This document shows positions 15,520 to 28,275 of a DNA stretch of 64,000 bases, piece after piece (position 1 is the first letter of the stretch; each line of letters starts with the position of its first letter). A program made the translations under genes and the position numbers. The notes under the pieces are model-generated. The model searched no databases. It had not been told where the DNA came from and was given only the letters and a program-made list of their open reading frames with translations. Source of the stretch: Eledone cirrhosa (taxonomy: Eukaryota); assembly GCA_964016885.1 (NCBI GenBank), contig OZ024741.1:92132001-92196000 (forward strand), in the 5' to 3' direction.

Positions 15520-15940
15520 ATCAGCAATCGCCACCCACCGATCTCTTTCCGCTGTCATACGTGGAAATGTGGCAGTGTTGAGAAATGCCCGGCTATGTCC
15601 TTGATGTTGCCGTAGAATGGTCGTAGTATAGAGATCTGTCCTGTCTTTGTTGTTGCCGTAGAAAGGTCGTAGTATAGAGATCTGTCCTGTTTTTTACGTT
15701 GTCATAGAATGGTCGCAGTGTTAAGATCTCTCTTGTCCTTGATATTGTGGCAGAGGAGTTGCACTGTTGTGACCTATTCCGTCAAACAAGGATTTTCTTG
15801 GTTTACCTCTTCTTCGCCTCTTTCAACTGTGCCCTAGAAAAGGGCTTTGTGCAGGGAATCATGGTGCGATACATGATTGTATCAAGCGAGTTTTCATCTT
15901 TTCGCTGTTGGAGAGGAATGGTTCCTGCCTGTCAGTAAAG
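15520..15940 (-). mobile_element. Decayed LINE (RTE-like) C-terminal fragment containing a 46-bp tandem triplication
   Basis: Minus strand reads approximately KLA*YNHVSHHDSLHKALF*GTVE..RRRGKPRKS and RMTAERDRW. Confidence 0.6.
15606..15745. repeat. Three tandem copies of a 46-bp unit GTTGCCGTAGAATGGTCGTAGTATAGAGATCTGTCCTGT...
   Basis: Copies start at 15606, 15652 and 15698; the third is diverged. Confidence 0.85.
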
Positions 15941-16334
15941 AAACCAAAGCACACGTAACTACAGAATCATCCAATCCATAGGTCTAAACGGAGCATTGTT
16001 ATTTCCACAAATGTTTCATTAATTTTTAAGCTCTACTCTAAATGAAACACCACTTTTCTTACTTCCTTTAGATGCACTGAATGGTGCGGGGAGGTTTCGT
16101 TGCGCTAAATCGCCTCAATGGGTTATAGGAATAGCCTCTAGAACGAAGACAGACACTTTACTAGCTCATTTTGTAATGGGAGATACCAGCAACAACAAAA
16201 TAACCTCGATTATATCTTTTGGCAATTCAATCCGTTATCTTAAGCAGTCACGCAAGAACATGTTTAGTCACATCTGGCAAAGTAAGAAATTGACGGATGG
16301 TTGATAATCTTTAATAACAAATATATTGGTCTAC

Positions 16335-16520
16335 AATAATTGTTTCTACTTTTGGCACAAGGCCAGCAATTATCCCAGTGTATTACTGGTACTTTATTTA
16401 TTCGACCCCGTAAGGATGAAAGGCAAAGTTAACCTCGGCGGGATTTGAACTCAGAATAGCAAGGGCCGTAACTCTATGCTTGGCATCCGACCCTCTACCG
16501 ATACTGCCAATTCACTGCCC
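16335..16520 (-). mobile_element. SINE family A
   Basis: Full-length copy; TSD TGGTCTACAATAAT. Confidence 0.9.
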
Positions 16521-18325
16521 TCAATGGTCTACAATAATACTGATCTACAATAATGCACTGGGATCTGTTTCAGTATGAATAAATTATTTTATTGGTTTCA
16601 GACATTAGACAGCAGCCGTCGTGGGGCATTGCCTTGAAGGGATTCAGTCGATCATACCGGCCTTATTACTTATTTGTCAAGCCGGCTACTCACTTCATCG
16701 ATCCTTTTCGCTAACCTGCTAAGTTATGGGAGAAAAAACACAGTAAACGCAAACACAGACATGGACGGATGGGTTCATACACACACGGCTAGTCCTTGCA
16801 TATATGATGCCCACCATTAAAATTATGACTGGTGGCTTACACTATCTGTGTCGGGCGTCAGTGATAGACATACATGAACTGTGTTCGCGATGCTGTGGAT
16901 GCACTAGCTGAAACTGACACAGTTCACCCTGAGTAAACCCCGAGACAAGTGTAAGTACAATGTATGCGTGTATACATGTGCATGTGTGTATATGTCTATA
17001 TAACTATGTATGTGTGCGTATATATATATATATATATGAATAACGAAGGAAATGTGGTAAGGAACCAGGTGGACCATAACGCACCAAAGTACTCAATACT
17101 TAGGGTAGTAGAGTGGGTAATAGGAACAAGTAGGACCCATATATATATGAATGTATGTATAGTATATTTGGCAATATAGCGAATTTGAAATTAGAGAATT
17201 TTGAAATTAGGCATATCATTCAGAAAGCTAAATGGGCCGCATGAGGCTCGCAGGTCGTGGTTTGCTCATGATTGCATTAAACTGTAGTCATGGTGAGGCA
17301 GTCAATCATGTCGGTCCCAATACTGTTTGAACTTCTTTTATCAATCTCTTTATTTCAATTTAATTTCTGTCGAACAGTTAAGATGCACAGACACGTAATC
17401 ACACAGACACATAAACGAAATTAAACATACATACACATATACACACATTTATATGAGTGTGTGTGTATGTGTAGAAATATATGTGTGTGTGCGTGTGTTA
17501 TGGGTATGTGTGTGTGGATGTGGATGTATTTACACAATGGGTTTCTCCGGGTTCCGTTTATCAAATTCCACTCAAGGCATAGGTCAACACAAAACTGAAG
17601 TAGAAGACACATACCCAAGATGCCGCGCAGCGAGACTGAACCTAGAAGCACGTTGCTTCAGAGAGTTCGTGTACTTATATGTACTTATATAAGTGTGTTT
17701 GTGTGTGTATACAGGGTTCTATTTAGACTTGGGGGGACCGGGGCACTTCAGGTTTGCAGGCACCTCATACACGAAAAAATTAAAATACACACTGCAAACA
17801 CCCCAATTTTACATATCAAAGTTAGCTTGGCACAAGTAATTGTAATGTATAAGCTATACATACAGGTATTAAATTTGAAAATTCTAAACATCCTAAAACT
17901 AAAAAGCCCAGCTAAGGACACAAATAAATTGTTACGGCCGTCGCTGGTGGGGCCCCCACTATATAAATATACAGAGAGAGAGACACACACAGATACATAT
18001 ATATATATATACATACACATATATGTGTGTGTGCGCGCGCATGCATGTGTGTGTTTGTGTGGGGCATGGCTTTGGGGTTAGGGTATACAGCTCACGATTG
18101 TAAGGTCATGCGTTCGATTCCAGGCGGCGCATTGCGTTCTTAAGAAAGACACTTTATTTCGCGCTGCAAAACTGAGTTATACCTGTAATTCAAATTGCCA
18201 ACCTTGTCTCATTCTGTGTCATGCTGAATCTCCCTGAGAACTACGTTAAAGGTACACACGGATGTGGAATGCTCAATTAATTGCGCGTTAATTTCACGAG
18301 CAAATCGTTTAGGAACACTCGTTTA

Positions 18326-18392
<67 letters not shown>

Positions 18393-18465
18393 CTCATCGC
18401 GCTGTAAGCTCATCTGGGATCTTAGACTGTATATATGTGTATATATATATAATAAATACGCATAC

Positions 18466-18515
<50 letters not shown>

Positions 18516-18895
18516 GCTACGGCATACGTTCAACAAATTGGCAAAGGTAATATTATTGTTAATGTTCAATATAACCCATACGTACATATGTATATGTATA
18601 TATATGTGTGTGTGTGTGTGTACGTATGGATGCTTCCATTTATGTATCAGCTGTGCTCGGGCGAGAGATAAAATTTTAATTATATATATATATACACGAA
18701 TATTCCTGTTGATACGTGTGTGTAAGTACCAGTAATACACTGGGTAATTGCTGGCCTTGTGCCTAAAGTAGAAACAATTATATTCATATATATATAGTTA
18801 ATATATACAGTCTAAGATCCCAGATGTGCCAGATGTGTGCAACAAGAGACACAAATGAGGGCAGCAGTATTAAACTCCCTGGTCAATTATAAAAT

Positions 18896-19090
18896 AATAA
18901 TTGTTTCTACTTTTGGCACAAGGCCAACAAATACTCAGTGCATTACTGGTACTTTATTTTATCGATCCCGTAAGGGTGAAAGGCAAAGTTAACCTCGGCG
19001 GGATTTGAACTCAGAATGGCAAGGGCCGTAATTCTATGCGTCAAAGCATGGCGTCCGACCCTCTACCGATATTGCCAAACTACCGCCCCT
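18896..19090 (-). mobile_element. SINE family A
   Basis: Full-length copy with the same A/B boxes, core and tail. Confidence 0.88.
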
Positions 19091-20454
19091 GCTACCGATA
19101 TTACCAATCCAGGTGGTCCTTTAGCATGACCCCACCTGTTAGCTTAAACACGTAAAATACTAAAATATCTCTATATATGCGTTGTGTATGCCTGCGAGTG
19201 TGTGTGTTTACGATTCTAATGTCCTTAGGAAAGGCATGAATACCACAACGACATATTTCAATATATTTCTGTTCTACTGTTTTATTAGTATCTGTTGCAA
19301 ATTCGTTAGTGTTCTTCAACGTCTGCATGGTAGATAAAGGAAGATAACTACGATATTTTACTTTAAGTTGCTTCCCTTACATAATACCATGTTTTTTTTT
19401 AAGAAGCGAACTATGTTTAGAAAGCGGGGGGCAGAGTTTGAAAATTGAAATAGAAAGTTTTGTCTTAATTTTTGGATTCATTGGCGTGATGGTAACGTAC
19501 TGGTCCGGTAAATGTGGGTTCGACTCCCATGTGTGCTGATACCTATCTTTTATCTGTTCAGTAGGTTAATACGCCTCGTTATTAGATTATTTTATTTAGT
19601 GAAAGGTTACGGTGAAGCCGTCTATTTCAATTTAAATTTCCATGTTTTATTTATATTAAGACTGGTGATTCTACAGGGTTTTCAGAGACGATTGCAATTC
19701 ACTTATGTCATCCTCCCTACTTCTATTATTCACTTGTGAATTGCTGTGTATAACGCATAGATCCTCCGTCAGTTTCAACGATGAACATATAGTTGTTCGA
19801 AGTGAACGTCCAGCTCAGCTCATGTATTAGCGTGTATGTGGTTGAATATTCCATAGACACATGTACCATTAACGTAATTCTCGGGCCTGGTCGGTGTGAC
19901 ACAATACATGACAAGTCTGGGACCTTGAAATACAAATACAATCCATACGAAGGGTTTCTATACCATTTCCATCTAACTTAATTTCACTCACAGTGCTTGT
20001 GTTGACCTGAGGTTATAGTAAAAACACTTACATCAGTGGAATTAATCGGGGCCTAATGACTACGAAGCAAACTTCTTAACTACACAGCCATGGCTGTATC
20101 CACTATTTGTAATAGGATTGTTGTAGAAAGAGATCAGTTAGTAAAGAACGGGTGGTGAAACTTTCTGGCATCTGCCGTGGGCATATAAAAATCTTCAACT
20201 TTGTGTTGAAAGCTAAGAAAATACTCGTGGGTTATACAATATTCCTGCTCCTTACACTTGCTAAGCTACTCATGCGACTGTAAAATATATTTAAGCGTAT
20301 GCCTGTAACAGGATACGAACCAGGCTTTATAAGTATACCAAGATATGGTACTAGAGTGGTACGAGTTTCGCTTACTTTTGATATTACAGACACAACGAGG
20401 ATTTTCCGTTTTATCCGGATATAATCATGAGTGGAGATATGAGTTACCTGCGAC

Positions 20455-20700
20455 CAGTGGCGTGCAGAGGGGGGGGCATCCTTTGGATGGAGGCATCATT
20501 TGTGGAAAAGAACTTAATAAATTTGATTGATTTATATTAGAATCAAATAAAGCGTTTATTTCATATTTCATCTGTGTTTATATATTCAAGATGTTTTCCT
20601 TTCTCACAATATTTCTCAGTATATCAGGCCTTATACTTGAGTCTTTGGTGGCATACAATCAAGATTTTCTCCGGGCATCACCAGAGCTCGCACGCCGCTG
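20455..20700. mobile_element. Non-autonomous hAT-type MITE, 246 bp
   Basis: TIRs CAGTGGCGTGC / GCACGCCGCTG (1 mismatch); perfect 8-bp TSD CCTGCGAC at 20447-20454 and 20701-20708. Confidence 0.9.
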
Positions 20701-20789
20701 CCTGCGACACGCCAGATTAGTTTCATTCATGTTAAGAGGTTACAGCGTGGCATTAGATTTAGTTTTATACATTTCCACTTTCATATTAT

Positions 20790-21350
20790 TTGGCAGATTT
20801 GATAGAGCGTCGGACATGTTTCACGGCATATAGTTACGTCACTTTACGTTCTGAGTTCAAATCCAGCCGAGGTTAGCTTTGCCTTTCATCCTTACGGAAT
20901 CTATAAAATAAAGTACCAGTAATGCACCAGGGTCGATTTATTCGACTTTCCCTCCCCAAAAATGGTTGGCCTTGTGCCTAAATCAGAAACCATTATTATA
21001 GTTGGAGTGGATTAGCAGTATCGGTAGCGGGTCTGAGGCCATGCTTTGACGCATCGAGTTACGGCCCTTGCCATTCTGAGTTCAAATTCCGCCGAGGTTA
21101 ACTTTGCCTTTCATCCTTACGGGGGTCGGGTCGATAAAATAAAGTACCAGTAATACACTGGGGTAATTGCTGGCCTTGTGCCTAAAGTAGAAACAATTAT
21201 TATAGCTGGAAGTGGTGAATTGGGTGAGTTGATAGAATGTCGGATAAAGTGCTTTGCAGTATACGTTCCGGCTCTCTGCGGTCAAATCTCGCTGAGATCA
21301 ACTTTGTCATTCTTCCTTTAGTAAAGTCGATAAAGAAAGTACGAGTCCAG
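20790..21350 (+). mobile_element. Head-to-tail cluster of three family A-type SINEs (old, young, old)
   Basis: Repeated GCCTTTCATCCTT core. The young middle copy (~21005-21200) is flanked by an ATTATTATAG(T/C)TGGA duplication. Confidence 0.85.
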
Positions 21351-21389
21351 TAATGAGTTGTTCTTTTTTATATCTCTTTCTCACTCCCC

Positions 21390-21469
<80 letters not shown>

Positions 21470-21604
21470 AGTGTAATTTTCTACACAAAACGAAGGTTAT
21501 AAAGAAAATTGAGGTTGGTAATGGCACATGGAATATATAAGAGACAGAATACTTTTTTGTGAAAAAACATAATTTTATAAGGTAAGGAAATAATAAAGGG
21601 TATA

Positions 21605-21653
21605 AAAAATGACCGGTTTCGATGGGTCTGCAAAAGCCATCTTTTCAAATGTT
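21605..21653 (-). ncRNA. Minimal hammerhead-ribozyme-like motif with U3-A8 core
   Basis: Minus strand AACAU-UUGAAAA-GAUGG(cuuuugcagac)CCAUC-GAAA-CCG-GUC/AUUUU; palindromic ACCGGU stem III; weak stem I. Confidence 0.5.
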
Positions 21654-21821
21654 GATTATTAAGAATATTAAGAAATATTAAGAAATATTAAGAAAAATTA
21701 ATAATACGAAGAGTTAAAATTTGAGATTTGAAAATTCAAGTATAAAATTCATTGTGGGATTTCATAGCAGTTTTCATCTAGGTAGCAACAACAGGTTGAC
21801 TGCTGTGTCCCTTTCTGGTAG

Positions 21822-21881
<60 letters not shown>

Positions 21882-21883
<2 letters not shown>

Positions 21884-21928
21884 TAGTAACACAACAGTTA
21901 GTTCCTAACTAACTGTTGTGTTACTACT
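21882..21928. repeat. Perfect 22-bp inverted repeat with 3-nt loop
   Basis: AGTAGTAACACAACAGTTAGTT-CCT-AACTAACTGTTGTGTTACTACT. Confidence 0.95.
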
Positions 21929-22156
21929 ACCAAACTCGTCCCATGGACTGAGTGCTCTACCACTCCACTACGGATATTACCTTCCAGTATTCTACCTCTC
22001 TCTATATATAAATATATATATATATGATGAAGGAGAAGAAGAAGAATTCGACTGTGCTCAGTCTTGGAGAGGGGATGAACTCGGTTAGGTTTAAAAGTAC
22101 CCATGTGACTTCATTGGGAGTTATAGGTTCATAGATGCACACATTATAATAGATGA

Positions 22157-22345
22157 GGTGGATTGGCAGTATCGATAGAGGGTCGGACGCCATGCTTTCC
22201 AGCAAAGAGTTACGGCCATTTATGGTCTGAGTTCAAATCCCGCCGAGGTTAACTTTGCCTTTCATCCTTACTGGGTCGATAAAATAAAATACCAGTAATA
22301 CACTGGGATAATTGCTGGCCTTGTTCCAAAAGTAGAAACAATTAT
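22157..22345 (+). mobile_element. SINE family A
   Basis: Full-length; 16-bp TSD ATTATAATAGATGAGG. Confidence 0.9.
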
Positions 22346-22960
22346 AATAGATGAGGAGTAGAAGGATAATTTGGCTCGGGTCTGGAAGCAAAGCAATCGG
22401 AAAATCATTAACTCATGGGTTTGATCCAAGTTTTAATGTTAGGTAATAAGTATGCAATATTGAAAAAGAAATCATTATGGGAGGAAGAGACAGTGATCTT
22501 ATCTTCACAGGCTTCTATATATCTTTTGGTTGTCCAATTTTATTCACAAGGCTTGGGTCGACCTCAGGAAAGCAAATGGCTTTTTCTCACAATGGATTCA
22601 AACTCGGGATCTAAGGATTATGAAACGAACTCCTTAAGTGTTCAGCTATGGCAACAAGTACAAAGCTCCATGGTCATCAGCCATCGAAATGGATGTACAC
22701 AGTTTTATGTGTGTGTGAGAGAGAGAGAGAGAGTTCCACAACAAATTAGCAAACCATACTCGAAGACACGCGTTTCACCCAGCAGATTTTTAAACCAGAG
22801 TGAAGTTGTGCTGAGAACGGAAGTGTATTTGTTGTGGAACTAACTTTATAGTCTTTCGGACTGAGTGCTCTACTTTTTAACGTCTTTTAACGTCTTTCGG
22901 ACTGAGTGCTCTACTTACTATGGATATAACCTCTCGTTTTTTTACCACAATATATATAAA

Positions 22961-23185
22961 AATAATAATAATGAAATTATTGTGTACAGTGCTCAGGTGC
23001 ACTACAACTCATCAAAGGTGCATGTATAGTACATAGAATAATGTACAAATGTCAGGAAAATAAACAGTGTATGAGTCATGATATAATAACAATAACAATA
23101 ATGAAATATTGTGCACAGTGCCCAGGTGCACCACAACCCATCAAAAAAGTGCATGTACAGTACATACGGCAATGCACAAAAGATT
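22961..23185 (-). mobile_element. Two tandem 3'-terminal fragments of the CR1-like LINE seen at 52315-53349
   Basis: AATGAAATTATTGTGTACAGTGCTCAGGTGCACTACAAC matches the LINE 3' end. Further such fragments lie at ~32505-32570 and ~60105-60155. Confidence 0.8.
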
Positions 23186-23271
23186 GATGTGCTCATCCGT
23201 GGAGATGCTATAGAATAGCTTATAAAATAGTATGAAGACCCTTTAAAAGGCGTGAAAAGAAGTTGTCATTA

Positions 23272-23343
23272 GCCACTATGAGGAATTGGACCCCATATCT
23301 CCCCGATACCAGCTAGGCGCTTTTATCCATTAACCCAAGAGGC
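23272..23343 (-). pseudogene. Degenerate tRNA-like sequence (tRNA pseudogene or isolated SINE head)
   Basis: Minus strand GCCTCTTGGGTTAATGGATAAAAGCGCCTAGCTGGTATCGGGGAGATATGGGGTCCAATTCCTCATAGTGGC has tRNA length and D/T-loop-like boxes, but several stems are mismatched. Confidence 0.35.
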
Positions 23344-23559
23344 TATCTCAAATAGATAGCTGAATCATAGCTTTCAGGTGTCAGCAGACAGACATCCGTA
23401 TATAAACAAAAAAAGATACGTAGCCGCTCTCTCGGACTTTAAACGTTGAGAATGGAAAGTTCTAAAGAATGATATGCCGATGTGCAGAGATACTATAAAA
23501 TATCATATAAAATAAATATGTATATTTCTTTATATATATATATTAATAGAATTACATGC

Positions 23560-24125
23560 AATAAATCAATTTACATTTGTATAAATAGCATTGCAAACAT
23601 TGATGGAAATATGAAAGAAAACGGAAAAACGGATAAAAATGAAACCAAGCAACGAACAGAGGAGGAAGGGGTAATGAAGGGCAGATCTGCCTGTATAGGA
23701 GAGTAGGAGAAAGGACTATAAATGCCATAAATGAAAGGGAAAGGAGGGAAAAGGCAAGGATGATGAGGCCACGAAAAAAAAGGAGGGCGAAGGAGAAAGG
23801 GTGATAGGCTCTATGCCTGGGGCGGGCGCTGTTTGGGCTGCGCCCCGCGGACAATACTGCAAAGGATCTCCATGGACAATGGCCAGTGACACCCGCTGCA
23901 ACAGCCACCCCACCTCGTGGGTTCCATCCTCAGACGGGCTGTTGACGATCCGATTTTATGGAGGAGCTCTACACTTGAGATCTCGACGGCGACCGGTGTT
24001 AAGAGGTAGAGGCCGGACAAGCCCCGATATTTTCTTGTCTTCTTGTCCTCTGCATTGCGAGCCACAATACCCGGGTTTGCAGCCGAAACAACTAAGTTGG
24101 AGGCGGAGAATATGTCACATACATA
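23560..24125 (-). mobile_element. 3' fragment of a CRE-clade-like (restriction-like endonuclease) non-LTR retrotransposon; 3' UTR homologue inverted at ~28670-28950
   Basis: Minus translation CDIFSASNL..SAANPG..ARNAEDKKTRKY....Y..TPVAVE and WLLQRVSLAIVHG resembles the RLE C-terminus of CRE elements; frameshifted. Confidence 0.7.
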
Positions 24126-24866
24126 TGTAGCGAAATCTGTCAGCGCCTTGAACTTTGGGTGATACCTAGAGATCAAATTTTAAGTCACCACATTTATTGT
24201 GTTAACAAGTTCATGGGTGGGCTGTCCTTTCAGGTTGGGGGACAGGAAGTGACAGCTATATACAGACCATGTACAAGCCATTCCACACAGAGACATCGAA
24301 GCGATAGAATATACAACTAACTATGTAAGGATTACTGCTACCAACAGACCCCTTTGGTCTACTAACAGACCCCATGAAGTCTACAGATACACACACAGAG
24401 ATTGGAACCTCTGTTACTACAGACCACACCGCAGTATGCAGTTGACGGTATTTCTCAGTTACTACAGATCTTTCAGAGCTATACATACCATACTCTCTAA
24501 CTAACACGGTCTAACAACTATTACCACGAATTCCAACAACAACAACAACAATTATATGTAACTCGCTGTTTTAACACCAACAAAAGACTACAACAGCCTC
24601 ACATCAGAAACGATAACAACTTTAACAACCATTGGTAACTGTTTTTATATGTACTTATTAAAAGATTCACGTGAAGTAAACTATATATAACCAAATCCTA
24701 TATTCCTTATATTCTTTATATTCACGTTATTATTCCTTATATTATATTCAAATTATCTCTTCCAACAACATTGTTATTATCATAACAACTAAATAACCAA
24801 CATATCTATTCTGTACATATTACCACATAAACATTCTAAATTTTCATTAATACCTTTCGTTAAACA
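24126..24866. mobile_element. Solo-LTR-like element (TGT...ACA, ~740 bp) in a TA-rich target
   Basis: Starts TGTAGC and ends TTAAACA; a second copy with the same boundaries lies at 34828-35675. Confidence 0.7.
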
Positions 24867-25379
24867 TATATATATACAAATATATACATACGTGTGTATA
24901 TGTGTGTGCGTAAATATATATATATAGAGAGGGAGGGGGGGTCAGACCCGTCTCATACCCCCTACACACCCAAATCTCTGTGTTGACATAACCATAAAGA
25001 ATTGATGGATTTATTTGCTGGTCATGCTTGGTTAAGATATTTGGTTTGAAAGGTTGTTTTACTAACTTTTATTTATTATATTTTCCCAATTACACAGTTC
25101 TCTCAGCTATCTTAGCACGCACACGTTTCTCAACAAATGCACAAAAGAAATTAATATGCGAACAAATTGTTAGCTGCCTTGTCTGTGCGTAAAGCGCTCA
25201 CAAAAAGAAAAAAAATAATAATTGACACACATATTGCCATCAGTGTGTTTGCAGCCACTTGGATTTCGAGTTCAACCTCATTGCTCGGTACCTTCGAACA
25301 GAGTCTTCTACTATTGGGTTAAGTAGTTCAATGCCTTGTGGATTGAATTTGATAGAGGGAAACTCTGCAGAAGCTTATC

Positions 25380-25421
<42 letters not shown>

Positions 25422-25444
25422 TTTTTATATATATATATATATCC

Positions 25445-25485
<41 letters not shown>

Positions 25486-25814
25486 TTTCTTACAACTAAT
25501 ATAAATACTTCAATTTTTCTGATTTTTTTTCCAATTTATCCAATATCTCTGAAGAAGTGACAACTGATTATACAATTGCTATCGAATACTTGCTAACATT
25601 ATATGATTAAGCAAGCAGCGATACATAGGTATTCCGTCTGTTACAGAAACATATGTCAATACCTAATAAATTCCTTTATAAAAGCACTTTCATTTTATAT
25701 TCATCTTTTCTACATTTTCTCCGGCATATAATTTATACTCGTTGAGCAAACCTACACGTACGCTGTTCATCTCTAACGTGACGATATATTATCACTACAT
25801 TATTGATAACTTGA

Positions 25815-25874
<60 letters not shown>

Positions 25875-26791
25875 TTTTTTTAGTTAATTCTATTAACTGA
25901 TTAATCGCTTAAGTTTATTTTTAAAAACTACTCGGTTGAGAGCTTAATTCGTTTTGTGCTTTTTTTGCAATGACTACACATACTGAATTCATTTGCCAAA
26001 ACTAGGGGTTTTCTCCCCTTTGGACTTCACATGTGCTTTCGAACACTGGTATCCTGGCACACGCAGAACAAAATGCCTGTTGAGAAAGTGATATCCTTGT
26101 TCGATCATTATACCAAAAGCTTATTATTTTTTATAAGCAGACAGTAAGATTGGTTTAGGTGTCGCAGAAACCCTATATCGGATTATACCATCATTCCCGA
26201 TGGTCTGGGTAAATATTTCAATCATATCTTATATTGATTCACCCGCTTAGCTTGCTCGCTTTTTTGGCTTAGGTGGTTAATGGCTTCTTAACCATCGTCT
26301 CAGTTTTGTATGGCCTATTAACTTATGTTTATAGCTCTGGTATATTCATATCCATAGAGCGCTCGCCAACACAATTCGGAAGTTGCATTTCTCTAATTTC
26401 TACTCGCCGAAATGCAATTCAATTCTCGCTAAAAGTATATTTGTATATATATATATATATACCTTAATAGTTTAAATAAAACCAAAGACTTTAAAGCATT
26501 TCTATATTTCTATACTAACAATTGCTTCTACCTGTTTTGAGTCACGTATAGAGAGTTATTTTGTTTAGTAACTCATCATTAGTACTCGATACAGGTGTCT
26601 TCAGATTTTATTAATATGTTTCTGTAATCAACACAAAATGATATTAAGAACATATAAGACGTTAAATCAATCACTATGATATCACGGCAAACAGTTCAAA
26701 AATTAAGCTCGAAAAACAGCTCAAATGAGACCTTATTTGAGCTGTTATCATCCTCTTCCACAACAACCAAAACTTCGCTTCTCCCAAACCC

Positions 26792-26849
<58 letters not shown>

Positions 26850-27581
26850 CGGAATACTCCTATGTTTTACCGGTGAAGATTCGAAACCGAATCTGAGCTT
26901 TCTCGCCTCTGGGACAATCTAGCATTGGAAGTTCTCACCATTGTCTTGTCAAGACAACGATGATAAATGTACATTCCATTTGACCTGTGACCTCAACCTC
27001 TTGGGAGATGATAACCACAGGGCTGACCATAAATCAACCTCATATATCCATCCTTCTAACTTTAGCAATTATTATAAATACAAGGAGTTAAGGAACCCAA
27101 AGGTCAGCCACGAAGCGGCATTCAACGAGATAAGCGATGTAGCATCAGTAGAACTTTCACTCTATCTTTCTCCTGGCCCTTACTGGCTTACCTCCTCTGC
27201 CACCGAAACACCCAGACAGCCAGCCATGCCTGCCTGAGAGATTGACCACTACTACTAAGACAATAACGTATACTAAGAATAGGCACACACACACACACAC
27301 ATAGTAAGTTCAGATTGTTTATATTATACTCTCATCCTAATTCTTCCTGTAATATTGTATCTGTATGACACAACACAACTTTTACATCATCGACTTCTGA
27401 GATACACACGTTAGCTCGTAGCAGCTAACAATTTAATGTACGGATATTTTCATGTCATAAATTTTATTACTCGATGTTCAAAATCGAATATTGTTATTGT
27501 GAAATAAACGTTGTTAACAACTCAATCATGGCATTATTCTTTTCATCAAAACTACCATACCATCAATACAACCTATCCGTT

Positions 27582-27629
<48 letters not shown>

Positions 27630-27635
<6 letters not shown>

Positions 27636-28275
27636 TCTACTTTTGGTACAAGGCCAGCAATTATCCCAGTACATTACTGGTACTTTATTTTATCGACCCC
27701 GTAAGGATGAAAGGCAAAGTGAACCTCGGCGGGATTTGAACTCAGACGGGACTTGGATCTAGGGTGGTAGATTAGGAGCATCATTAGACCATCTAACACA
27801 ATACGTACGTGCTATTTGTTACGGATTTTTACGTTCTAAGTTCAAATTCCACTGTGGGTTATTTTACTTTTCGCCCTTCCGAGGTCGATAAAATAAAGTT
27901 GCAGCCAAGTACTAGAGTAGATTTAATTGTCTTTCCCCTCTTCCCAAAATGGCTCACTTTGGCCTTGTTGCCTAAATTAGAAACCATTATTTCAACCCAC
28001 ATGCTCTATGGCATCGGGTTAAGGCCCTTTACGATCTGAGTTCAAATCCTATCGAGATTAGTTTTACTTTTCATCCTTATGAGGTTGATAAAATAAAGCA
28101 CCAGTAATGCACTGAGGTCGATTTAATCGACTTTTCCCTCCACCCCAAATTTTTTTCCTTGTACCTAGAGAGAAAAAAAATCATTATTTCATGGATTTGC
28201 AGTATCCGTAGAGGGTCTGACGCCATGCTTTGACGCATAGACTTACGGCCCTTGCCAAAAGTAGAAACAATTATT
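27630..28275. mobile_element. Cluster of partial and old family A SINEs in both orientations
   Basis: Multiple core motifs (GATAAAATAAAG, GAGTTCAAATCC). Similar old clusters at ~1030-1200, 2270-2545, 5120-5520 and 29020-29360. Confidence 0.75.

Noticed and set aside
15606-15745. 46-bp repeats, and the ~45-bp repeats at 37020-37180, as a CRISPR array
   Set aside because: They are contiguous tandem units without unique spacers, lie inside LINE remnants in animal DNA, and have no cas genes nearby.
26141-26208. Exon-like segment (AAGCAG ... TGG|GTAAAT)
   Set aside because: No recognisable protein similarity, and the phase is incompatible with oxygenase exon 1.
26942-27430. Possible solo LTR (TG...CA with TATAAATA); similarly 33850-34472 and ~41430-42034
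   Set aside because: No TSD and no second copy in the window, so boundaries cannot be supported.
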